Part shown: positions 1 through 14,577 of the stretch, piece by piece
How the letters are laid out: every line of letters starts with the position of its first letter
Numbering within the stretch: the first letter of the stretch is position 1
Assembly: GCA_000934665.2 (NCBI GenBank)
Contig: KZ538209.1
Span: 1 to 64,000, forward strand
Reading direction: 5' to 3'
DNA: 64,000 bases
Source: Catajapyx aquilonaris
Taxonomy: Eukaryota
Notes under the pieces: generated by a model
Told to the model about the DNA's origin: nothing
Database searches by the model: none
Seen by the model: the letters and a program-made list of their open reading frames with translations, nothing else
Program-made: the position numbers and the translations under genes

Positions 1-3000
1 AAGGGGGGGGGGGGGGTGCTGCTGCTGGACGTCCTTGGTTATGATTCCGGGTGTGTCCCGGGGCCCCAGCTGAGAGGCCTGCAAAACTGCAGGATGAGTC
101 TGGGACCAGCGGACTGAAACCCTCTCTCTCGAAAATCGATGTGGGTGCCTCGGGTCGCCATGGAAACCAGGCCAGAATTTCGTTTTCATCTTGAATGGTG
201 GGGTGTTCTGCGCGCGCAACTATACAGGGGAGATGGTTGCAGGGTGGCGTCCCTCTCTNCTCTCCCCACCTCCCATTCCCAACACCACAGGTTCTACGGG
301 GTTCTCCGGGGTCACCGCGAGGGCATCCAGGGACGGCTTGTAGTTTTGTGTCCTTCCCACCAGACGTCTCGTTTGGCTGCTGGTATTTCGATTCGACAAC
401 TGCTAATCCGATTGTCTCGAGTCATGTCTATAGAGCTATTCTTAACCCGGTTAAATGGGCCTAATTTGGGCCGATATATATGGAGTTATCTAACTTAATA
501 ATTGTTCTGTTATGTACTGGTAGTTGTGTCATTAAACTTAATTTTATAGCAGTTGGCTATATATGGGGAGGGTCACAATAGCAGATGATATTGTAAGTGG
601 GTAGGGACATTTTATTAGAGTACTATGGGGGCTCAAATTGTTTTGGCCACTTTATCCTGGTCTTGAAGCAACCCTTCACACACATACACCTGCTCACAGT
701 GGGGCCTGTGCGAAGAGTTGCTTAAAGACTAGGATAAAGTGGTCAAAACAATTTGAGCCCCATAGTACATATCATACACACTTAAGACTCTCCTATATAA
801 GAGTATTGGAAGTACTGACTTACATTAATAAAAATTATGCTTTCTTACTTAGTTGCTTTTCTGACGTTGTAAGATCTTTATGCGATGTTTTTACAGCGAT
901 AATTTTCATTATCGGGTCCTTGATAGGCAGGAAGCGTGGGAGAGTGATCCTGGTTGATGTGGCAAGAGGGTGTGTTGATAAAGGTTTCACACTTTCCTTT
1001 CAGAAAGACAGACAGGTCCGATGGGTATAATTTATTCAATGCTGCTAACTTTGATTTTAGCAGGACTTTATAATGTTTAAGAGAGCAGAAACTTGCACAA
1101 TATTTTGACGGTCCGAGAATTTAGTTTTGTACCTATGTCAGATATTCCGATGTCTGAAGTAAAACAGCAATCCTGTACAGGACATATCGGAATGTCTGGG
1201 ACACTTTCATGTATATAACATTGCTAAAACACAAGACATATTTACGCTACACTATAGTAGTGTAGACCGACTTCAATCCCCTAACAGCAGTCAAAACATC
1301 ACAGAAATTTGTTCACTTTCTTGTCTATTCCATTAACTAGCAAACGTAATTAATATATCCTTAGATCACTTTGGCTAATATGATTTGATTTCTCCACTTT
1401 TTTACTGCATATTCTTTCACATGCTACAGAATAGCATAATTGCTGAATTAACCGGCTTTTTCATATTTAAAACCATGTCCCGTGGCTTGAGACACCGGTG
1501 GGCAATACAAATTTGCAAGCAAACTTTTAATGTCTTCAAGGTGTAGTTCATCACTTAACTTGACTTAACTGATGAATTAGGCTATAAGCTTGCGGACAGT
1601 ACTTTTATGGGATAAATAACTCTCACGGTTACTGTAGCACGCCAAATAAGGCAAGAAAGAGAAAAACTTCTCGATCGATGTATGATGATGAAATAATGAT
1701 TATACTTTTAATTAAGTTACTTTACGACGAAGAAGAACATTTTGTCAACTTTTAGATCATTTATAATGGAAAATAATTTAGAAACCAAAATTAGCTTTTC
1801 ATACTATTAAGCTATATACCTGTACATTTTTCAATATTAAGCACAGTCATGTCTTCATATTTATTCCAGTTCTTCCATTAGACTTGTGATTAATAGAGAA
1901 ACATACTGCCGAACATTATTTTATAAATTATATTATTTATTCTTCTTCTTTTTCAGAAATGCCTCATGCTCATTATCGAAGAAGCGGTGAAAAATGTTGA
2001 ATGCGGTGAAATGAAGTCGTATCGGGTGGAATACAGTTGTACGGATCCGTACCTGCTGTCCAAATCTCGCGGACGTTGGCCCCCTGCCTCCTCATCTTAA
2101 AGTGTGGCAGGAAATTACATGTTATTGGAAAGTTCATTCAATGAGGGTGGCATTTTTGGCAGCCTCATCACTCAGAAGAACGCTTTTCTCCCAGTCACCC
2201 TTCCTCATGATACCCGAAGGTTCACATATGTACACTTGACTATACTCAACATCAGTTCCATATGCTCCAGAAGAGTAATATCCAATCCCAATATAATATT
2301 AATTAAAATATAGCATTGACGATACATGTACAGAATTAGTTTGCTACAATGAAACTTGTCAGTAAATTACGTTATCACCAGCGAATCTAGTGCCGGAAAA
2401 AAATGAAGCAATTTTATCTGGCTTCATCAGAATTTTTCGGAGAGCCATGATGAGAATTTAGAGCTAGATGCATACGTGTTGAAAATAATAAGCTGAACAC
2501 AGTATCTGTAAAATTCACAATATGGATCAGAAATGGAAACAAAAATAGGAACAGAACAGACCTTGGTGGATACATTCGCACCATCAGTGTATTGAATGAA
2601 ATATAGGCTTGTGTGTTATTTGTTTTGTGAGAAATATCGGATGTGATTTTCAAAAATTTAAAAACCCTGCTGGGAACAATGTATTTTCACCTAATTGTCA
2701 TTCAAGGATATAAGCCGGAGAAGAAGCAATGTTGAGAATTGTGAGCCAGTCTCTGCTCCGCATTGCAGTAGTATAACTAACTCCCTGTAACTCGATTTTA
2801 CAAGAGAAAACATAGTATACCTTATGCCTAATTCACATTGAAAACACTGATATTGACATGAACGATAATATTAATATTACAATTTGCACAGGTGACATGT
2901 TTTATTATTATAATGTTTTATTGCCAAAATACATGACGCCCTCCTTTTGCTTTATAAATTAACATGCTGTGTATTTGGTTGTAAAAGTTCATGTAATATT

Positions 3001-3613
3001 TACAAAAAACTACGCTGTCATAACACACCGTACAAGCACTAAAAAATTTAATGCAGTAATTTAACAAGAAATTGTGAATCGGTTCACTTGACACTGTAAA
3101 ATTGTAATTATTTTTAAAGCATTGCTTGAATTTGATTACAATCTTATGCGTACAAGTTCAATATGAACTTATTCATTTTTGGGCTATTATACCGATTTGA
3201 TTTTATCACCGTGAAAACTGTCTGGACCAGTTCTGCCACTGACTGTGAGAAGAATATTTTCCGAAGCTATGCATACTACTGCATCAGAAAGGCTCCAGAC
3301 CCTACACAGGGTTTCCCTGAAAAAGCAGATATGATGGAATATTGGCCGAGGGTTCAAGCTGATGGATTAGTCAGGTTCGATGGAAAAAGTCTGCGTTTTA
3401 CAGTCAGTTTTCACACCACCAGCAAAACCCCTCTTTCTGATGAACGTCTTGAAATAATGTCGAAGAAAACTGCAACCTTTCTAATTGAAATAAAATACTC
3501 GTGGTACACTCTTAACCATTTACCTTCTCTAGAGAGGGTAAGAAAGTGGCCATTTTTTTACCTTACATTGTAGGGTAAATATTCTTGGGTAAATTGATTC
3601 TAAGGTAAATTTT

Positions 3614-3686
3614 GCATGTATTACCTTAGAAAATAGAGGGTAAAAAGGGCCTCTTTTTACCCTCTATTTTCTAAGGTAATACATGC
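3614..3686. repeat. Perfect inverted repeat (34-bp arms, 5-nt loop)
   Basis: gcatgtattaccttagaaaatagagggtaaaaag (3614-3647) and its exact reverse complement (3653-3686). Confidence 0.95.
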
Positions 3687-3722
3687 GTAATACATAACGA
3701 AAAATAAAATAAAAAAGAGAAC

Positions 3723-3790
3723 GGGGGTGGCCTTGCGTGACTGTGCGTGACACTGGGGTTGCAGGGAGTGGGTTCAAATCCCGAACATCA
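3723..3790 (+). mobile_element. Degenerate tRNA-like SINE head fragment
   Basis: A-box-like tggccttgcgtg and B-box ggttcaaatccc at tRNA-like spacing; no clean cloverleaf or TSD seen. Confidence 0.4.
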
Positions 3791-6700
3791 GCCCTTTATC
3801 ATACAATAATATCAAATTGCTTCCTTTTCAATGATACTATCCTCTAGTTCCCATGTCAGATGTATCCTAAGCCTATCAACAGACAGACACATAAGTTACA
3901 TGCAGACTACGCACCCCATTTTTTAACATTTAAATGATGCCCCTGACTTAGCATCTTTTTTAAAACGTGGAGCCTTATCGCCTAAGTGTCTTGTCAAGTG
4001 TGAAGGCCCCAGCCCGTTAAGAGCCTGCATTCGGGAGACTGTTTCGCCTGCAATCCGCTGCCGAGGAGCCTGAATATTTCACCACCAACCTACTTACTTA
4101 TTAAAGGCGGTTGAGTTTTGAGGACCGCTACTCGTGCATCTAACACCATACAATAATTATGGGACCCGCACTTATTGCCCAGACTGCACCGGATCTCAGC
4201 TTATACCGTTTCCTTCATACACCCAGGGATTACCCCCCTCAAAAAAAAACCACAAAAAAACAAGAAACTCATAAATCTACCTTATTTGAAATTCAGCCTG
4301 TCGTACAGCCCTAAAAATAGTGCATTGCATAATTTTAGAGTGTTATAGTTAGCCGACGTAAGTTTAAATTACTGCCCACATTCTCTAGGGAATCACTTCC
4401 AATAACCTGTACAGTGGAGATGGGGATTGGTGGCAGGGGTAAGGGTAGGAAAAAACTAGCGGTGGCAGTTGTTTGCAGTAGCAGGCGATAAATTATCGGG
4501 GTTGGGTTTGGAGGCGGAGGAAATATTGCCATATTGGGAAAAGGAGGGGCTGGATGAAAAGACGGGAGGGGTATAGTCCCAACTGGGGTATATGCAGCTT
4601 CAGTCCACTGATTGCGTGCACACACACACACACAAAAAAAGGGGGGGGGGGAATCAAAATGATGAGCGATCCTGGCTAGCCCTGATGGGAATATTGTTTC
4701 GGGTCAAATTTAGCGATTATAAAGTAGAGCGGCGTAGCGGCACGCTCAACAGCAAAGCCCCCTGAAACGCCATGCGGAACGGTGCGGAAACTCCACAGCA
4801 CCACCTGAGATTGATGGTCTAACCATAGACTCAACAACACCCTGCAACTTTCCTCCTTAAAAGAGCCCTGATTGTTGCAGGCCATCCGTAGCGACACAGA
4901 TTCCGTGATTGTCAAAATCGCAGATACAGCACGCAGCTCACTTCCCCCATTGTACTAAGAAACAAAGCGTGCGACTGGCGGCCATCATTCCAGCCCGTGT
5001 TAACGCTGCATGTAGACGATGAGTCCATTGTGTGCGTCTCCAACCACACTATACCGGTATATATCTCTCCACCCCCCCCTACTCCCCCACCACTTTTTTT
5101 TGCCACCCACATTGTCTTTTGCACTCGCCCATTCTTGCGATTTATTGCGCTCCGAGCCTTTGTTCTGGGAATATCACGTTTTTGCTACCCACATATCTCG
5201 ACCCATGCGGTTTGCCAGCTTCCAGGCTCATGCTGCAAAAAAAAAAAATTGTGTAAAAATTTCAGATCAGAATCTGATTGGCAACACCGGTGGACTAATT
5301 AGCGGAATAATTACTGCCCTCCTCTTTCCCACCCTTCCAAGTCAAGCCTTTCCTTACAGCACAATCTCAGAGTCGCTGAATGGGAACACTGAAGATTAAT
5401 TAAAAGTCAAGGGAAAACGAAGCCCTCTAAATGCCTGCCTATACATTCCGACCTGCCTGCCACACTGATAAAGGGGAAATTGATTGCGGAACTCCATTGT
5501 TCCAGCTCCCTTTCTGCCAAATAGGAGCCTCCTCTTGCAGCCTGGTATGGACCTGGTGTGGCAGCCATTTTTTTTTCTATCCCTATGAAATATCCAGAAA
5601 ATCGCTGCCTGAATTTTTCATTTTCTTTATGGAGCAACGGAACCTGCTGCACTATTGCATTATTTCAGTGTCTGGTGTTGACATCTTGGCTTTAATGAGG
5701 TGGCCAACTCGCACCCACCTCAACTGGCGGCCATGTTTGAATTTTGGATGAACCTCGAGCATTTAACCTACTACTAGTTTTGGTGGAAATACTAGGGGAT
5801 GAGGTTGGCAGTGATGGCCTGCAGGCAAGGATGCTGAGATGGGGTAGGATCAATATGTTGGGGGTGAGGTGCCTGCCTGCTACCAACTAAATCACAGCTA
5901 TTTTTTTGGACCCCCCTCAATCGCTATGAAAATGTAGCAACAAACTACAATAAAAATAAGGAACATTGCGCCCAAGCACTAGCATCACTATTGTATGAAA
6001 AACGTAAACTGATGCAGGCAGGGGTAGACTCATTCCCGTGGGATGCGGCCCACATGCTGAGGTAGCTTGGGGCTTGAGGCTGCAAATCCTTTTGCCTGCA
6101 TCGATCCAGCGCCCAAAATCCTGGCATCCCAGCCTTTTTCCCCATCCACCCTACAACCCCCTACCAACACACACACGTCCTATGCACAAAGGCCGGCTTT
6201 TCACTGGCTAAAATACCAGATTTATTCCCCTTTTCCAACCTGACTCATATGGAAATCCTAGTGGTATAAGAAACCCACCATCTTGTTGCCTCCGGTCCAG
6301 ACCAATGGAATGTATCTGTTGCATGGTGATGACTGTGGCTGTGCATAATAACTACGAACAGTTAACTATTCAGGGCTTAAACTCAGCCAAAATTATTCTG
6401 AAAGGCTGCCAGGAGATGGCACAACTTTCCTACCTGGATGGGAGCCAGAAATTAGATTCAACATTTAATTCAGAGTTAATTTGAAATATTTGGACGTAGG
6501 TAAAGTTGGCACATTGACACAACTTGGGACAGTTTGAAATCCGGTGCAATTTATTATTTTCAATTCTGTGGGCTTGGGTAGGGGTGGGGAGGCTGGACGT
6601 GGCAATCACAGTTCAATGCCCGTTTATCAGCAGGCATCCAAACAAGTGACAGGGTGTAACAAGTTGCAAAATTATGCATGCTCTTGCATGACTCTCGCTA

Positions 6701-7460
6701 GGAAATGAATACAAGTGTATTGATTTATGCCGCACGTGCATTTAGATAAAACAACATGGCATAGAACGATGCAATAAAGGGTTTATTTATGTGCCTGATA
6801 GGTAAACACTTCATGCTGTTTAACATCGCGTCAGGCCGGCAGCAAAAATAAATAGGGACAGCTTGAACGTGAAATGCTCATTCAGAACAACGATCCAACA
6901 ATATATTGGTACACACCAATTGTGATTTTTTTGGGGGTTGAAAAGCTGAAGGGTGGGATAGGATTGTGTCGATTTGGAGCTGAAACCTGCTCTGTTTCCC
7001 TCTCTCAAATCCGAATTATGACCCTGGAAACGACCGTGGGCTGACGAGCGATGTCCTGATCGCCGTACGTCAAAATTAACTCTGAAGATGAATGTGAAGG
7101 GTCGTTCTCGTAACGACGCAACAAATTTGTGCCATTTAACAGGCCTCATTGTGAGCCTCGTTTCTGTCCCCGATAGAGAGCGCTTTTCATATGTCACCCT
7201 GACGAGGTACCATTTTTTTCCCCTCCCTCTATACCCACTCTTAATGTAGTCAGCTGACCACGAACAACGGTTCAGAACTGATATTTCCCTGCTGCTGCCT
7301 CATTTGCTAGTGCGTAAGTAAAAGGGCAACATTGCATGACTGGGATTAGAGTATTCGATTGGTCGATAATGTCCCAACAGACGAAACATGCATCCCCGGG
7401 CCTCTCTTATAGCCTAGGCTTGGAAATAAGATCAAAAGTCCTTTTGCTAGCAACAAGCCC

Positions 7461-7461
<1 letters not shown>

Positions 7462-7540
<79 letters not shown>
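7462..7540. repeat. (TAA)n microsatellite
   Basis: Pure trinucleotide run. Confidence 0.98.
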
Positions 7541-9300
7541 TCGCACACAATCTTACATCATAGACATATGCCTGAACGTAATGGACTTGCAAAAGTTTGT
7601 GGAAGTGAATGCCAGCAGACCTCTGGAGGTGTTCCTATAACATTTCATGTGATCCTTGAAACTGTGGTATCTGAGAACCTTTCAGGACCGAGAAGTCCTC
7701 TAAAACTTTGCTGGAAAATGCCGTCGTAAATTGCAGGTTTTGGTTCCATGCTCAGTTGCTCACCAATGGGTCATATGACCAAGTAATCAAACTAGGAATG
7801 GCTCTAGTGTTGCTCCTGAAAAACGTCGTTTGTCAACCAAGTTTTCTGAGGACTTTTCGACCTACTTTGGTGTAGGATTCGGACGATTTCAAGCAACGTA
7901 ACGCCTAACTTTTAGAAAAACCCTGGTCTATATACTACTGAGCCTATGTGTATACAGGGTTACCGGTACTTCGTGTGTGCAGAGTTTTCCAATTAAAGTG
8001 TCCGTTTCAGTTATAGAGTTTTGTGCACTATAAGCTGCTTATTTTTAACAGTTACTCCTAATAGTATCAAAAATATTAGATGCTAATAGTGTTTCCGCTC
8101 ATAAACTTCCGATTGGCAATGGCTCCTTCTTTTGATAATAATAGCCATTCATAATAACACATAACTATGGAGTTAAGGAAACTTTTGATTGCTATAGGAC
8201 CAAAACCAAATTATTTTTATTTTCTGGTCTCTTTTTCGATTTGAATCTAACTATCCACAACCTCATCATAGGGCACTCGCCTCTTCATCGGCCTGCCAAC
8301 CTCTTCTCCAACCCATCCGCTTCATGTTAACTAGCCTGAAGAATAACTATCAGCATGCTAGAATTTGACCGAAAAAGTAACATTGATCTTCCGTTTTCAT
8401 CCCAAAATTTCATCCTGTGTCAAGCCAGTCTGGTGCTCCACCCTGTTCACATTTAGCATCCATTCAGGCCTGGGGAGATAAATCGGGTTGTGTGGGAAAG
8501 GTCCGGCTTGGCACAGGGTGCTGGATATTTACTTACACCACGAGCAATGCACTCATCAGGTTCAAGTCTTGACTCATAACGGACCGATGTGATCAGCACT
8601 TCAGCCATGCCGTTAGTAACCTGAATTTCAGTACTGACATTCATCATATCTGCCCCCTGGCGCAAGCGTCCTGTACCAAAGTGGAACATGATCCAGGAGC
8701 GAGGTGTTGACCTGTTTCCATTATTGCTCTCAGTTTAGCCTAGTTGTCATGTTTGCTTCCGCTTTTGCGAATTTGAGCTAGTATTTGATCAACTATCTCA
8801 TAGAAAAGCGCACTGCAGGAAGATTAATGTATAACAGTTATTTCCTCTATAGATTCTCATATACGCATTGAATAAAATAGATCAGTGTATTTTTAAAAAA
8901 CGCATAATTTACAACAAAACACCTTGCTTAGCCTCCAGTCTTTTAAGCCTGGAATATGCGACCCGTTTTTCAGGCGCAGAAGCAGCGTTTGACGATATAT
9001 TTACAGCGTAATATTCGTTCCTCATCAACAACCAGTGGCTGCATTGTTGCCCTTAGGTGTGGGTGGCTGGGAGGATCCTACTTGATGATCCTATTTCTCG
9101 GCCTAGTAAATCCCACTTGCCTCGAGGTGAGTGGGTGGAGTGGCCAATGTTGGCATGCGAGAAATTAGATGACCCCGAGCGTCGCATTACCTCGCCCAGC
9201 CTCGCTATGCATTATATTAGCATCCTTTTAGAGCTCTAGTCAAAGGCCAAGGAGTTAGATCCACCATTTTCAAAAATGTAATACCTATTCCTCAACGTAC

Positions 9301-9369
<69 letters not shown>
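9301..9369. repeat. (ATA)n microsatellite
   Basis: Pure trinucleotide run. Confidence 0.98.
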
Positions 9370-12300
9370 GGTTTGTGTTAATGCAGAATGTGGGATGAAC
9401 AAAGAATGTAATTAACGGAGGGACCTTTATTAGCAAAGTGAATAATTACGACAATTTGGCAATTTTTGTTGTTTCGAACCACAAGCACCTTCGGTCTAAT
9501 CTCCAAGGTGAAATTTATTAGAGAGTAAGAGAATGATGGGAAGGAAATTTTGGTGAGCTTAGCCGCATTGCAGAGAGGCTTTGATGAACGGCTGCAATTT
9601 TCCACCCTCACCTCTTCCTCCACTCCTCCTCAGCTTCCTTCTCCTCCTCCTCCCCCTCCTCTTTTTTGTTCCTTCCACCTGTTAATGAGTGGTTTCCTTC
9701 ATCTTTTGTGCTGGCATAGCAAGAAAATTAATCCATTAATAACTGCTACAAACCCGGATGGTTGTCGACGTCAGGGTCCTTAGAACAATGCTAACTTAGC
9801 ACCCAACCTCCTTATTCCAAAGATTTTTGCTTAAAAAAAAGGTGGTATGGAAGTGGCAGGGTAAGAAGGAAAGAAAAGTCTCTCTCCCTAGTGTAGTCCC
9901 AAAAGGCAGTTCCGCTCTCATCCTACTGCGAGAGACCCCCCCCCCCCCCNCCGAAAAGGAGTAGTTTAGTTGCTGCTTCAGAATGACACAAACTCCAAGG
10001 AAGGTAAACTGAGATTAAAAGCATTCCTGTTAGGGTTGGGAGTTGGGAATCCTCGCTTCCTAAGCTGCTGCCAAGTATTGGACAAGTGCAAACTCTCCTA
10101 AGGGCTTTGGGCTGTCTCAACTCTGTAGCTACTTCCAAGTGAATCACTTAGGACGTTAATTCCTCTTCGTCTGAGTTCAAGCCCACCGAACTGGAAAATA
10201 GGTCGCATCTGGCTACTCTGCTTAACGCCACTGAGCCAAAATGGTTGGGGATTGCAAGGACACAAATTTCGCATTACTCAAACTTCACGGTGTATTCATT
10301 CACTAAATATAATCAATATATTATGGCGTATATTACTTGCTGGTTCACCGCTGCTTGATGGGGATTCAGTCACGGTTAGGTGATGTTTTAATATTATAGT
10401 TGGAGGTTGTAAATTTTGGCTAGTTTTTTTTTACAACATGTTATTACTACAAGCCTGCCTCAGATGGGTCTTGATAATAAATCCAACAGATTCCGGTTTC
10501 AATAACTTGTCATCAATAAGATATTAGTTCAATATGAGATCAGGCCTATCAGCTGTGAGCGATGTTTTTTTCCAGGTTGGTAAGTCATAGAATCATGCGC
10601 AAATATATTTTTCATGTAGTTTTGGCATCAGGAGTGACATCAACTTTTCCTCATTCGGATTGTCGACTTGGGCAGAGAAACCCCGGGTACATACACATAA
10701 TGTTGATAGTGTCCATCATCGGTCAACGCGGCAGAGGCAGCATGTGACAGGTAAAAATTAGTAACTATCGACACATTTTGTTGTCATCTCCTTAATTGCA
10801 GGTAACCGCACAACACAGCCATTTGCAAAAGTAAGAATAATAATCCAATTTTGACATTACGAAATACAACGTGAATTAAACTGATTTGGGGTTCCATGGA
10901 GAAAAGGCTACAAACAGGATACCAAAAAGCTTCTAGCTGATTTCGAAAAAATTAGGTTAATCAATAGCGATATGATGGAAAACAATATGAACCTCGCGAG
11001 CTACGCTGGCTTCTAAGCACAAAATCATCAAACTATAGATTGGAAATAAGACTCGTGTCAAACAATCCACTTCAATTTCAAGGTATTGTAACCCCTGATT
11101 TTTCTGATGTCCAATAATGTATGCCACAAATGACACTTATGCAAAACGCAAAAAACAAAAAAATTATAGTTCTCGTAATCACACCCACACTCTTGAAAAG
11201 CCCGTCCAACTATGCATACAACGGGATCAACATGAATATTAATAAATGTACAGTGCAAAGTTCACCATACCATGCGTGTACAGCTGACTCTTCTGAACAT
11301 TACTGAGCGCATTACAGAGCCCAAATGGAGCTGTCCAAGTTGTGTTCGAATTTCTCCACAGCATGCTTTCAGGACCAAAGTGGCTGTGCCTCACTAAAAA
11401 ATGCATCTCTCCACAGTAGTAAAAGGGAACAAGAGTATCATAATTACTCCACTTAGCGCAGTAGCACCGACACCAATAATGTCGGCAAAAGCGAAAATAA
11501 GGGAAGAGTGATTTTCACTCTTCATACTTGCTATTTCACGCGAGTGAGCCCTATGTTCTGTCATAATATATGACACAATCAAACGTATACTCTAGATGTA
11601 TACATTAATACGTACACATGTCGATAGGCATTTATTGATCCTTCTGGGTCTGTAAGTGTGTCGACACTAACATCATCGAGCAAATCGTTAAATTGCCTAT
11701 CTTTGGCTTTCTCTACTCTCAGACGTGTCTATAAGTTTATAGCCAAACTAAGAAGGGCCCTGGCCTCATTAGACGACATTATCCTTGAGAGTGGCGGAGG
11801 ACTTTCTTATCCAGAATGGTTCCTTAATCCCACGGTTTAGAACACTTGCATTTTAAAAAAGATAGGGCAGGACCACCTGCTTGAGGAATTTCAAAATATG
11901 AATAACGCAAGAGGAAAGTTAAATAATGCATATTTAAATAATGCGACATTGATTAATAGTTAGGTGGCATTAACACAACGACATCGTAAAAATGCAGCAA
12001 TAGAGTGCAATGTACAGTACTTATTAATGGTAGGCTATGTTAATAATGTCAAAAAATCATTGACCATTGTTTGAAAGAGTGAACCTTTCTGTACATGAAT
12101 ATGAAATATTAAGTCATGACGTCATAGGAGCACTTTTTGTAAAAGTCTGCACCGATTCACTATCGTCACTGTAATAACTATCCACAGCAGGTATAGAAAA
12201 CCACAGGAGTACTGCACAATTTAATATTCGCATCAGGTAACACAGTGTAATATTTTGTTGCACACTGTCATACCATGGTCCATGTTAACTAAGTACGTAC

Positions 12301-14225
12301 ACCGCAACTGTAGGTACGTGCTGTCGACACCAAGCGGGATTGCATCGGATGATTCACTACCCACAATGAATATAATTATCCCTCAGGCTATCTGTAGATC
12401 AGTCCAGTTTTAACCACAACATGCAACCCCCATATTTTATTAACCACACACACATACTGCACTCCAGTCCACCCCTACGCAAACAGCCATTTTGTGGACT
12501 CTCCCCACATTAGAAAATACTCCATATTTGATACGTTCAGGAAACAAGTGTCGCTACATACTCGCATGTAAAATACTCTGTAGCTTGTGCCCCGATTGTG
12601 ACCGCATACTTGATCCATGCATGGATTCATGTGAGGCCCTGGATGCAGAGCAGGGAGTCTCCCCCCCTCTCTATTCCCTCCCCCACCTTCCCCCACTAAT
12701 ACAATAAAACGGCGTGGGTCCGCCCCCTTCTACCCCCATCCACACTCCCCCACCGCCTTGATTTGGCATGCAGGCTACACAGCCTTGCGGCCCAGGCATG
12801 AATATAGATTGGGAAAGCATGCTACACTTGCGGTAATTTTGTACAACGGCTGCCGTTGAATTTTGTTTACTCCCTTATTGGGATTCCTCCCTTGTTTCTG
12901 GGCCGTGCCCACCCTCAGGGAGGAAACTATTCTGACTTCACCAAAAACTACTGGCATCTACTCAATTAATACGTGGACACCACTTGGGGGCGCTTTATAG
13001 GAGTCTTTATCAAATATGGAGGTTTTTTTTGGGGTCATTTGTGAAACAAAAGTGAGGTTCATTGTCTTTTTAGGGTGTGTGTGCACATTGTGGCTATTTT
13101 TTACGTACTCATGCGGTGTGACAACGACAGTGGGGCTGGAGCTACGTTATGGGATGATTAGAGTAGCATTTATAATGCAGATGCGCCTACTCTTAAAGTT
13201 ACGTACCTCGTATTTTGTACTATGGTATAGAATGCGTACTGTTTAAAGCTTGAACCTGTTTCAAGTAGGTGAAAAGATATCGTTAAAATAATATTTACTC
13301 GGTTTCAAATCAATTCACCAAGAATAATTTGTGTAAAAGAACTACGGTGCATTATGGGATATTAATTGCATAAGCTCTCACAAATAGTGTAATAAGATCC
13401 TAACACTTTAACCTGTAGGACTTGCCCTTGCTTTGGCTTCAACACATGCATTCTGTTCGATGAAAAATCAATGACGCCAAATTACGCAAGACGTATCAAA
13501 TTGCATTAATTACTGGGAGCCGTTGCATCTAGTACCGATTCTTGACCTACGAGTTCTCTGCACGCTTCCTAAAATAGCTGGCAATGAACGGGGTGAGGTC
13601 GATAGTCTATCAGTGTCGAGCGAATGTTTTTAATGAAGCTCAGGAACAGCGATATTTTTCGAGTAGGTTCAAGTATTTGAATATCTCACGTTACGAAATG
13701 AACAGTATCTGAACCACATAAAAATATCGAGCACTATTTAAATTAATTAAGATTACGCGATACTATTAACTGGTGAAATATTCAAATTTGGTCAAACACG
13801 ATCAAAAGGAATGCAAATAGCGTATGAACTATTAAAATTAAATTTATAATAATCGCATTATATCATAAAATTTGAAATTCGGTGCACATCCAGTCCTCCC
13901 TTTTTTTTGTGTCCCTCCCTGTAACAGCCATAATGGAAGGGCCAATGGGAGCAGAGGCGTGGGTGCAAAAAGAAGAACTGGAGGTGTGGTATAGTGGACC
14001 GATCGCTGCTGCCTCCACCGCTCCCAGCGGCCAGGTGCTCAACCTCAACCCCCTCCATCGATCCCCCCGCCCTTTTTGCCCCACCCTAAAAGCCCGCCCA
14101 TTTCCATTCCCCAGGATACCCCACTCCAAACTCCTACATCATAACTTTCATATTTATTATCACCTCCCCAAGAATATTTTATTAATATCAAACATACTAC
14201 ATACTAATCAATCGCCATCAGCCCC

Positions 14226-14367
<142 letters not shown>

Positions 14368-14493
14368 GTTACCCCGTGATAGGGCCGTAGGCCCTTATAG
14401 GGGGGTGGAATACCACCATTTTTCCTTCAATTTTCTGATTTTTTTCTTCTAACTCCGGTGGAAGGATGAAAGGACATGAGGTAAGGATAGGGA

Positions 14494-14495
<2 letters not shown>
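14368..14495 (-). mobile_element. 5'-truncated SINE/LINE 3' tail
   Basis: Minus strand reads atggtggtattccacccccctataa...atcacggggtaa, matching the 3' ends of the SINEs at 33189 and 49131. Confidence 0.8.

Positions 14496-14577
<82 letters not shown>
14496..14577. repeat. (TTA)n microsatellite
   Basis: Pure trinucleotide run. Confidence 0.98.

Noticed and set aside
3163..3573. 136-aa ORF
   Set aside because: No recognisable domain, and its 3' end runs into a repeat.
7021..7075. Hammerhead ribozyme (ctgacga plus stem)
   Set aside because: The required GAAA after stem II is absent.
7955..7985. Lone TA|cagggt termini here and near 56398
   Set aside because: No partner TIR located.
8453..8715. 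Minus-strand exon with a gtaagt donor
   Set aside because: No polypyrimidine acceptor and no recognisable protein.
11583..11605. miR-iab-4-like acgtatact
   Set aside because: Only the first 9 nt match and no precursor hairpin is evident.
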